Below, piece after piece: positions 15,355 through 22,319 of a DNA stretch of 22,319 nt (position 1 is its first letter; each line of letters opens with the position of its first letter). The stretch comes from a virus. The stretch lies in the IMG/VR virus record IMGVR_UViG_3300045988_130630. One strand, written 5' to 3'. The position numbers were made by a program, and so were the translations under genes. Under the pieces are notes generated by a model. That model had not been told where the DNA came from, ran no database searches, and saw nothing but the letters and a program-made list of their open reading frames with translations.

Positions 15355-16947
15355 AGAAGTTCTTTGATTTGGGTTAGTGCCATTAACCCAAGAAACAAAT
15401 TCCTTTTCAGTGATGTCAAAAAGGTCTCTACCCTTTTTAGTAAGAGTTTCCCCATCAACATAATAATTAGAGCGCCAACCGTCTCTTTCTTCTTCAATTT
15501 CACCAGTGAAGAAGGTTTTTACTTTTTTATCTCCACAACAATCCCAACAAATATCCGCATAGAATCCAACTGGCTTCTTTTGGAATCGAAGGCGGATTTG
15601 CTTCATATCATCATAATCTTTACGAACTTCACAACAAGGACAAACTTCTGTGCTTTCGTCATAACAATAAGCACAATAAGTTTTTCCATCGACATTATAA
15701 GTGTCATCGACATAAACAATATCGCCACACTTATCGCACTTTACTGCACCCGAGCAACTCGGACAGATAGTCATTTCTGCGTTATTCTCTCTATCATCGA
15801 AGAGAGAATCATCAAGAAGCTCTCCGCAACACATACACTCAGATTCACCCGAGTAGTTAAGATCAATATTTTCATCCGTAGGGATTTTGGTGGAAACATA
15901 AGCATTATGATCTGAGTAGATATCGTTATACATAAAATTGGTATCAAGATTGAAGTAAATACTTCTATCAAGCTCACCAATAATGTTATTGCTATAATTA
16001 TGAATCTGATTCAAATACTTGGTATAAGGGCCAAAGCCAAGATTCTGTTCAGCGAGCTTCTTGATCCAAGCAAGACAAATACTTTCAAGGTTATCATTAC
16101 AATAAGGATACCCTTTAATGCCAAGGATAAGGCTTTCATCTACAATGAAAAGTTCACGCCAGCGCTTGCTATTCCACATCACAGGCTTACCAACCTTATA
16201 CCAAATTTCCATGTCCTTATCAGATTTAAGATAAGCCTCAAGGATAATGGGAGAATTCATCATTTCAACGGTTCCCTGACGATATTCGCCACCACCATTC
16301 TGCCATCTCATACAAGAATCCCAACCGCAATTATTATCACTCATAGTGATATAATCAAGAGGGTGAACAGAAAGACAGAGTTCACCAGAAATATTTTTCT
16401 GATTAAGGAACTGAGAATGAGCGATACGGAACTTTTCATAAACATCGCGGTCAATCTCCAAAATATCACTCAGCTTACCAAGCATCTTACTAAGCTTCAT
16501 ACCCTTATTAATCATAAGAGTTTTATTATTGTAAGTGAATTTAAAAGGTTCACCATCATAGATGTTAGACATTAAAGGTTCAACATCCAAAAGATTTGCC
16601 AAATTAAAATACTGAGTATTAGAGATGGTTGTTTTAAGATAAAGATCTCTTACCTTATTATTAAAGGTATCTCGGAATTCATATCCATCACCATTTCTAC
16701 CGAAATAATCATAAAAATCCTCACTCATCTCTTCATAAGAACGAGAATAACTTACCTTACGAGAAATGATAAGATTATCTCCCAACATCTTATAAAGATT
16801 CTGCTTATTATAAGCCCAAAAGCGGAGAATGTAGTCGAGAGATGCCTTCATATCGGAGCTATCTCCGCCAAGACCCGCAAAATTGCGGATATACCCTTCA
16901 ATCTTTTCGCAATCTTCTTTGGAAAGGAGCTCAAATAAATTAGCCAT
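15343..16947 (-). CDS. Large hypothetical protein (534 aa), paralog of 11403-12857 (SVHPLD core, multi-CxxC C-terminus)
   Basis: Shared blocks: GELCLSVHPLDY~GTLCFSVHPLDF, GEYRQG~GEYRAG, MWNSKRWRE~LWNSKKWRM; the stop overlaps the promoter copy. Confidence 0.85.
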   Translation of the reverse strand: MANLFELLSKEDCEKIEGYIRNFAGLGGDSSDMKASLDYILRFWAYNKQNLYKMLGDNLIISRKVSYSRSYEEMSEDFYDYFGRNGDGYEFRDTFNNKVRDLYLKTTISNTQYFNLANLLDVEPLMSNIYDGEPFKFTYNNKTLMINKGMKLSKMLGKLSDILEIDRDVYEKFRIAHSQFLNQKNISGELCLSVHPLDYITMSDNNCGWDSCMRWQNGGGEYRQGTVEMMNSPIILEAYLKSDKDMEIWYKVGKPVMWNSKRWRELFIVDESLILGIKGYPYCNDNLESICLAWIKKLAEQNLGFGPYTKYLNQIHNYSNNIIGELDRSIYFNLDTNFMYNDIYSDHNAYVSTKIPTDENIDLNYSGESECMCCGELLDDSLFDDRENNAEMTICPSCSGAVKCDKCGDIVYVDDTYNVDGKTYCAYCYDESTEVCPCCEVRKDYDDMKQIRLRFQKKPVGFYADICWDCCGDKKVKTFFTGEIEEERDGWRSNYYVDGETLTKKGRDLFDITEKEFVSWVNGTNPNQRTSLIF

Positions 16948-16992
16948 ATCTTATCAACCTCTTTTTAATATCTTTCTTAACTTTATATATAT

Positions 16993-17021
16993 ATTATAAT
17001 ATATTTTTTTATAAAAATAAA
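16993..17021 (-). promoter_or_regulatory. Promoter-family copy with a weak -35 (TTTATT-N17-TATAAT)
   Basis: -10 rc of 16993-16998; the module is conserved, but the -35 overlaps the terminator T-tract. Confidence 0.45.
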
Positions 17022-17053
17022 GAAAGCCCTTTGCGGTCAATCAAAGGGCTTTC
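17011..17053 (-). terminator. Rho-independent terminator after gene 17077-18435
   Basis: Inverted repeat gaaagccctttg/caaagggctttc, followed on minus by TTTATTTTTAT. Confidence 0.7.
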
Positions 17054-17076
17054 TTGCGAAAGGGGTTTTATTATAT

Positions 17077-18435
17077 TTACTTACAAAGATTACCCATGAA
17101 CATGAGCGGAAGAAGATCATCCGCGTTCTTGGAGTCCTTCATAAGGAAATACATCATCATAGGATTCTTAGAGAAATCCATACCACTCTGACCACCCATC
17201 ATAGAGAGCATCAGCATGGTGTTCATGTCGAACTCACCACTATTCTCACTCATCATGAGGAAGGGGAGCATATTGCCGAACGGATTCTCTACACTCGGCG
17301 CATTCTCAGGACTCTTCATAAAAGAGTCAAACAGAGAAACGACACGAGTATAGAAGTTAAAGTTGAAGCAATTCTTCGTAGGAAGAATCTTCTTCTCCTC
17401 ACCGGCCTGCGGATCAACAACCGTAATACCGCTATCGCCAACCTCAATTACGAACATAGCCTTGCGGTTATGAACAATAACCATACCAGGGGCGATATCC
17501 TTGATGGCAACCGGCATCTTGTAAAGGAACTTACCGCCATCAAAGTTGAAGATATCAACGTCGATAATCTCCTTACTCTCAGGGTTGTAAGAAACCCAAG
17601 TGCCATTCGCGTTCTTCACGGCCAGGCCATACATAGACATACGAATGTTATCAGTGGTGCAGGGGCCAAAATCAAAATTAAACGCCTTCATTTTCTTATT
17701 TCCTTTCTTATTATCAACATTATTGTTAAATGTATTTTGTTCGTTCAAAACTTTATTGATTCGATCATCAATGTAATCGTTATCAATCATAGCGCACTTA
17801 TCTTCAATTGCGTCAATTCGACCACCAAGTGTAGTAGTAGCAATATTACCACCTGCAAAAATTGTATTAGAATCAATTGAAGCAACTTTTCCAGTTATAC
17901 AATCGCTATCAGGAATTACCGTAATAGGTGTAGTATTTAACTCTCCAAGAATCTTCTGGGCTTCTTCGTCAGAAATAGTCCACGCAGTGGAAAATTCTGT
18001 ATTCCACCCCGCACACACTTTGGTATAATCAAGGTCATCGCGGGTTTTGCTTATATCGTTATTCTTTTCAACAGTCTTCTTCGCTCTACGCATCTTATAT
18101 TCAAGAAACTTTTCCGAACATTCAATCGCATAATCATTTGTAAAAATATTACAAACATTATCAACTAAGTATTCACCAAAAGAACCATCAATACCGTCAG
18201 CAAAGAAAGAATTCATAATATAAGTATCAGGAAAAATATCAAAGAAAATTTTACCATTAAGGTCAGATTTGACAACAATCCTAACACTATTTTTAGTAGT
18301 CTTTAATTTACGCCAAAAGACGTAATCAAGCTTATGATACTTACCATCTTGAACTGCTTGACTAAATTTATCTAAGATTTTATCAAAGACATTAGGTGGG
18401 AATTTATAAGTTCCCATTACATTAGATTCAGCCAT
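17077..18435 (-). CDS. Hypothetical protein (452 aa) with a Met-rich C-terminal tail
   Basis: ORF with RBS GGAGA; TAA stop; terminator downstream. Confidence 0.85.
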   Translation of the reverse strand: MAESNVMGTYKFPPNVFDKILDKFSQAVQDGKYHKLDYVFWRKLKTTKNSVRIVVKSDLNGKIFFDIFPDTYIMNSFFADGIDGSFGEYLVDNVCNIFTNDYAIECSEKFLEYKMRRAKKTVEKNNDISKTRDDLDYTKVCAGWNTEFSTAWTISDEEAQKILGELNTTPITVIPDSDCITGKVASIDSNTIFAGGNIATTTLGGRIDAIEDKCAMIDNDYIDDRINKVLNEQNTFNNNVDNKKGNKKMKAFNFDFGPCTTDNIRMSMYGLAVKNANGTWVSYNPESKEIIDVDIFNFDGGKFLYKMPVAIKDIAPGMVIVHNRKAMFVIEVGDSGITVVDPQAGEEKKILPTKNCFNFNFYTRVVSLFDSFMKSPENAPSVENPFGNMLPFLMMSENSGEFDMNTMLMLSMMGGQSGMDFSKNPMMMYFLMKDSKNADDLLPLMFMGNLCK

Positions 18436-18589
18436 TTAGTCTCCTCTCTACTTCTCGTCGGATATATTCCATATCGCTATCCGTTAGAGTAAGCTCAGTC
18501 TGGAAAGTTGTCGCACCCGCACTAATTTCCTTGATAATTCTTTCAAGTTCCTCAGTGTGATTCGCATAACACATAAACAAATTATCCAT
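18428..18589 (-). CDS. Candidate small protein (53 aa), translationally coupled on both sides
   Basis: RBS GGTGGAG; its ATG overlaps the TAA of gene 18589-18864 (TAATG); its TGA overlaps the ATG of gene 17077-18435 (ATGGCTGA). Confidence 0.4.
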   Translation of the reverse strand: MDNLFMCYANHTEELERIIKEISAGATTFQTELTLTDSDMEYIRREVERRLNG

Positions 18590-18864
18590 TACTCCACCCA
18601 TTCTTTGGCATTTTCATCGTCCCAAAATAGAATAAACTCAGTATAAGCTGTACCATCCTTATCTTTCTCAATAAGGATATTTAGCATATCATTGTAGCCA
18701 CTATCTTCAGGATAATCAGCTTCCCAAATTTCACGAATACTATAATAATCCTCGTGCGGATTCGCCAAATGGGTGATAAATTCCTCTACGGTCCAAGTTT
18801 CAATAGGTGAACAAAACACCAAACCATGATACTCGCTATGAACCGCAATTACTCTCTTAACCAT
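18589..18864 (-). CDS. Hypothetical small protein (91 aa)
   Basis: ORF; 8-nt overlap with the upstream gene. Confidence 0.65.
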   Translation of the reverse strand: MVKRVIAVHSEYHGLVFCSPIETWTVEEFITHLANPHEDYYSIREIWEADYPEDSGYNDMLNILIEKDKDGTAYTEFILFWDDENAKEWVE

Positions 18865-19099
18865 TGTTATCCTCTCCTAATATATCGCAAATTGCCTGAT
18901 GACTAAACGTAATCTTCGCTCCAAGGTAAGGAACTGTTTTATCATCAGCAATAATAATTTCCACAAAAGCAATATCGTATTTATAGAAATACACAATACG
19001 CTTAATTGCTTCCAAATAATCAGAGGCTACCATTACACCCTGAAAATCTTCCTTTTCTGAGTCTACTGCATGAACATGAGCTATGTAGTGATACTCCAT
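18857..19099 (-). CDS. Hypothetical small protein (80 aa)
   Basis: ORF directly downstream of promoter 19133-19161. Confidence 0.7.
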   Translation of the reverse strand: MEYHYIAHVHAVDSEKEDFQGVMVASDYLEAIKRIVYFYKYDIAFVEIIIADDKTVPYLGAKITFSHQAICDILGEDNNG

Positions 19100-19132
19100 A
19101 ATAAATAACCTCTTTTCTTATTTTCTATATAT

Positions 19133-19161
19133 ATTATATACTATTTTTTTAAAAATGTCAA
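19133..19161 (-). promoter_or_regulatory. Sigma70-type promoter TTGACA-N17-TATAAT (promoter family)
   Basis: -35 rc of 19156-19161, -10 rc of 19133-19138. Confidence 0.7.
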
Positions 19162-19168
19162 AAAGATC

Positions 19169-19453
19169 TTACCAACTACGACATACGAGAATACTTACAT
19201 AGTCAGTATCACAAAAGACCTTACGAAGCTCGGCATAAACACGATTCGCGTTAGCAAAAATTTCGCGCTCATCTTCATCAACAAGAGATAAATCTTCATC
19301 ATTGTTAATGAAATAAACTTCGGTATAGCTCCAATCACCAAGAATAACATCTATAACATCATCAATGTCATTCTCTGACCATTCAGGGAAAGTATCATGA
19401 AGCCAAATCCTGAATTGATTTCCATATACAATAGGTTTCAAAGTATAATCCAT
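19169..19453 (-). CDS. Small acidic protein (94 aa), tandem paralog of 19487-19771
   Basis: ORF; shares DEDEREIFANxNRVYAELRK with its neighbour. Confidence 0.75.
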   Translation of the reverse strand: MDYTLKPIVYGNQFRIWLHDTFPEWSENDIDDVIDVILGDWSYTEVYFINNDEDLSLVDEDEREIFANANRVYAELRKVFCDTDYVSILVCRSW

Positions 19454-19486
19454 AAAAAAAGTCCTTTCTTAACTTTTTATATTATT

Positions 19487-19771
19487 TTACCAATCGCAAC
19501 ATACAAGCAGGGTCTTGTAATCGGTATAGCAAAAGAATTTGCGGAGTTCCGCATAGACACGGTTCACATTGGCAAAGATTTCACGCTCATCTTCATCACA
19601 GGTAGATAGATCTTCATCATTGCCAATAAAATGAATTTCTTCATAATTACCATAATCAAGAAGGAATTCCACCATATCATTTACTTCATCCTCAGTCCAA
19701 TCAGGAAAAGTAGCACGAAGCCATTCAATAAACTGATCATAACGCACGACAGGCTTAGAAATATAAGTCAT
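19487..19771 (-). CDS. Small acidic protein (94 aa), tandem paralog of 19169-19453
   Basis: ORF downstream of promoter 19805-19833. Confidence 0.75.
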   Translation of the reverse strand: MTYISKPVVRYDQFIEWLRATFPDWTEDEVNDMVEFLLDYGNYEEIHFIGNDEDLSTCDEDEREIFANVNRVYAELRKFFCYTDYKTLLVCCDW

Positions 19772-19804
19772 ATAAAAAAAGTCCTTTCTTAACTTTCTAT
19801 AAAT

Positions 19805-19833
19805 ATTATATAATAATATTTATAAAAAATCAA
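19805..19833 (-). promoter_or_regulatory. Sigma70-type promoter TTGATT-N17-TATAAT (promoter family)
   Basis: -35 rc of 19828-19833, -10 rc of 19805-19810. Confidence 0.6.
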
Positions 19834-19852
19834 AAAAGGACTTTTAGTTTAT

Positions 19853-20524
19853 TTAATTATTGAATAAATCAGTATCAATGATGGCGAAATTCGCACGATG
19901 AATATATACTGCCTTACCATCAATCATCAACTGAGTAGTCTTAGGAAGATTCTTCGGAATATCCCAAGAGACATTATCACCAGTAAACATACAAATGGGA
20001 TCACCCATCTGAGACTGAATTACTACAATCTTACTGCCGGCATCTGCATTATTCAAATTCTTAGACTTCAAATACCACCAAGAAAGATCCCAATAATCAT
20101 TCCAACCGCGGTCGGTAGGCGCGGAAATGCTGGCTCCATTGCCACTATTAGTCGAGGCTTCCGCGGGAATGTCTACATCATACTGAGTGAGACGGCTATC
20201 AGCAAAAACAATAGTAGAACCGCAACTCTCAATACTCTTACAATCAATATCAACACTTACAATTGACGAAAGAGAATAAGAACTAACCCAATAACCGTCC
20301 GTGCTATAAGCCCATTCCTTTACCTTGTTAGGCTTAATGTCGAAGGTCTCGCCTTCACACCGAAGCCACTGGGCGCCGTGGTTATCATAGAAGGTAGCGA
20401 GGAAAGAAAGCTTAACGTCGCCATCTTCCGGCTCGGCAGTAATTGTAGTTGTTTCTGGACTATCACACGCGGTCAACGAAAGGCAAAGGATAATTGCAAT
20501 AATACCACAAATAAATCTCTTCAT
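19853..20524 (-). CDS. Putative lipoprotein (223 aa)
   Basis: N-terminus MKRFICGIIAIILCLSLTAC is a signal peptide plus lipobox L-T-A-C. Confidence 0.8.
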   Translation of the reverse strand: MKRFICGIIAIILCLSLTACDSPETTTITAEPEDGDVKLSFLATFYDNHGAQWLRCEGETFDIKPNKVKEWAYSTDGYWVSSYSLSSIVSVDIDCKSIESCGSTIVFADSRLTQYDVDIPAEASTNSGNGASISAPTDRGWNDYWDLSWWYLKSKNLNNADAGSKIVVIQSQMGDPICMFTGDNVSWDIPKNLPKTTQLMIDGKAVYIHRANFAIIDTDLFNN

Positions 20525-20527
20525 AAT

Positions 20528-20704
20528 TTAATGCTCCTTCGGATTATTTTCCATATAATTTTTGATACGTTCACCATCAAACCGAGAAGGACACCTGAGA
20601 CAAATATAAGTATTATAACTACTGCACCAATGCTTCTCAGTTCCATCAGGATTGATGGTTGGATTCAAAGTGTCATACGCACAATAAATAGGTTCCATTT
20701 CCAT
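20528..20704 (-). CDS. Candidate small Cys-containing protein (58 aa)
   Basis: RBS GAGGT; its ATG overlaps the TAA of gene 20704-21423 (TAATG); TAA stop just before the ATG of the lipoprotein gene. Confidence 0.45.
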   Translation of the reverse strand: MEMEPIYCAYDTLNPTINPDGTEKHWCSSYNTYICLRCPSRFDGERIKNYMENNPKEH

Positions 20705-21423
20705 TATTTTACCTCACTACATCTTGTTAACGTGTTAATCTTTACATTCTTACGAACATCTTGCGATTTCACGGTTCCGCGGATATGATAAGTATTCCCA
20801 ACAGTCCAATCACTCTTGGAAGAAGTAATCCACATAAACTGATTACCATCAGCATCACTCATAGAATAAGCAATGGTATGACCATACTTACTTTCAAGAG
20901 CGTGCTTATCATCAATCTTCACGGTAATCTCAATGCGGTCGCCGATATTGCCGATCCACTGAGCTAAACTCTCGTCATACACAAGGGCGTCAACCGCGTG
21001 TTTTACCACTTCTTCACGATAAAGTTCCCCATCTGCTCCGCCAACCTTATCCCAATCAAGACGAATCGGTTCAACGTCTGCGGGAAGCGCAGGGATCTCA
21101 TCACACGAGCGGAAATACCAACCCCACAACCGCGTATAACGTGCGGGACTCATCTTAAACCAATCATTCTCTTCATCACAATTACCTTTGAAAATCGTGA
21201 TGTAGCCCGCATCGCCAAACCCAAGAACCTGACGATGCGGAGCCATCTTAGTTGCTACCTCTTGGGATTTTTCAGGGTAAAGCTTAGCATACTCCGCGTC
21301 TTCATACCACCGGACTTGTCTCACATTAAGAGTTCGGGGATGCTGAACCTGAATATACTTTTTACCACCGGAAATATAAACATCACCGATTACTTTATAT
21401 GACTGAAAACTCGGAGCTACCAT
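20704..21423 (-). CDS. Hypothetical protein (239 aa)
   Basis: ORF inside a tightly packed operon. Confidence 0.8.
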   Translation of the reverse strand: MVAPSFQSYKVIGDVYISGGKKYIQVQHPRTLNVRQVRWYEDAEYAKLYPEKSQEVATKMAPHRQVLGFGDAGYITIFKGNCDEENDWFKMSPARYTRLWGWYFRSCDEIPALPADVEPIRLDWDKVGGADGELYREEVVKHAVDALVYDESLAQWIGNIGDRIEITVKIDDKHALESKYGHTIAYSMSDADGNQFMWITSSKSDWTVGNTYHIRGTVKSQDVRKNVKINTLTRCSEVK

Positions 21424-21426
21424 GCT

Positions 21427-21714
21427 TTACACCTCCCACATACTAACTATGCTAAAATGTTTTTCATCCTCTAAGATATAAGCTTCAAGCGTTTCATATT
21501 TCTTAGAGCTATTATACTTATTATATAACTCAAAAGAGCATTTCATATCATCAAAATAATCTTCAACGGATAATTCATGATAAACACAAGTCCAAAGGAA
21601 ATCTTCATAAGTTCTTTCTTCATAAAAAGAAAGAAGCATTTCATATGCGTCTGAAAGATCACCGCAAGCTAAAATGGGGAAATACTCATTATATATTAAA
21701 TGAACTCTTTTCAT
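21427..21714 (-). CDS. Hypothetical small protein (95 aa)
   Basis: ORF, 4-nt overlap with the upstream gene. Confidence 0.7.
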   Translation of the reverse strand: MKRVHLIYNEYFPILACGDLSDAYEMLLSFYEERTYEDFLWTCVYHELSVEDYFDDMKCSFELYNKYNSSKKYETLEAYILEDEKHFSIVSMWEV

Positions 21715-22025
21715 AAGATTGTCTGCTCCTCAATATAATATTCATGGCTCTTAAACTGAATAGCGAAACCTTCGGTTGTGATATAGGGAGACCGCATTGC
21801 TTGAAGCTTGCTATACCAATCTTTCAAACTGGCGACCTCCGCCCACCACTTTTCCGGTTCAATAGTAAGATAAGAGCTTGTGAACCGCACGGTATCACTA
21901 AGGAATCGCTCATACATTGCTTCCTCTTGGAGAGAAAGAACTGTCTCCTGAGCGTCATCAATAGTTTCTGTAAGAAGAACAATCTCCTCGGTCTCATTGT
22001 CCCTAATAGCGTAAATCGTTTTCAT
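21711..22025 (-). CDS. Hypothetical small acidic protein (104 aa)
   Basis: ORF. Confidence 0.7.
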   Translation of the reverse strand: MKTIYAIRDNETEEIVLLTETIDDAQETVLSLQEEAMYERFLSDTVRFTSSYLTIEPEKWWAEVASLKDWYSKLQAMRSPYITTEGFAIQFKSHEYYIEEQTIL

Positions 22026-22027
22026 AA

Positions 22028-22279
22028 TTAAAACTCCTTATACTTTTCATATTCTTCTTCCGAGACTTCCCAAACATTATACCCACATTCGGCAAGATAA
22101 ACGTCATACTCATCATAGAAGTCTTCTTCGCTTTGCTGATCCCACCACTCCATAGCGTCATCTTCAACACAAGATTCCGCATATCGTTCCATTTCTTTTT
22201 CTGTGCCTTTAAAGAAATGGTCTATTGTTTCACCACAATAGCAGGTATATGTTTGAATGTGATAAAATTTAACTTCCAT
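22028..22279 (-). CDS. Hypothetical small acidic protein (83 aa) with a CxC...C motif
   Basis: ORF. Confidence 0.7.
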   Translation of the reverse strand: MEVKFYHIQTYTCYCGETIDHFFKGTEKEMERYAESCVEDDAMEWWDQQSEEDFYDEYDVYLAECGYNVWEVSEEEYEKYKEF

Positions 22280-22319
22280 ATTAATTCTCCATCAAATAAT
22301 CAAATCCATAACCGCACAA

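Overview
This window reads as a low-GC (about 35%) bacteriophage segment with every gene on the minus strand. It has three parts.

- **tRNA island, about 394-7615.** At least 16 tRNA genes sit here, with a GIY-YIG and an HNH free-standing homing endonuclease, an AAA+ ATPase and several small genes among them.
- **Late structural module, about 7694-10966.** It holds two paralogous glycine-rich tail-fibre-like genes plus one further gene.
- **Early/middle module, about 11085-22279.** It holds two large paralogous Cys-cluster proteins, an M20/M28-like metallopeptidase, a lipoprotein and many small acidic proteins.

The central observation is that six genes carry 21 in-frame TAG codons and no in-frame TAA or TGA. 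They are the two homing endonucleases, the three late genes and one early gene. Each has a good RBS and a coherent translation across the TAG. About 20 other genes are TAG-free and end in TAA or TGA. This is the pattern of an amber-recoded phage, of the kind in which TAG is read as Gln. No CUA-anticodon tRNA is among the tRNAs I could fold by hand.

A second strong feature is a roughly 45-bp promoter module repeated 12 times, always minus-oriented. Its core is TTGACA/TTGATT-N17-TATAAT, and it is absent from the recoded late module.

All coordinates and tRNA folds were derived by hand from the sequence and should be confirmed with tRNAscan-SE or ARAGORN and a code-15 gene caller.
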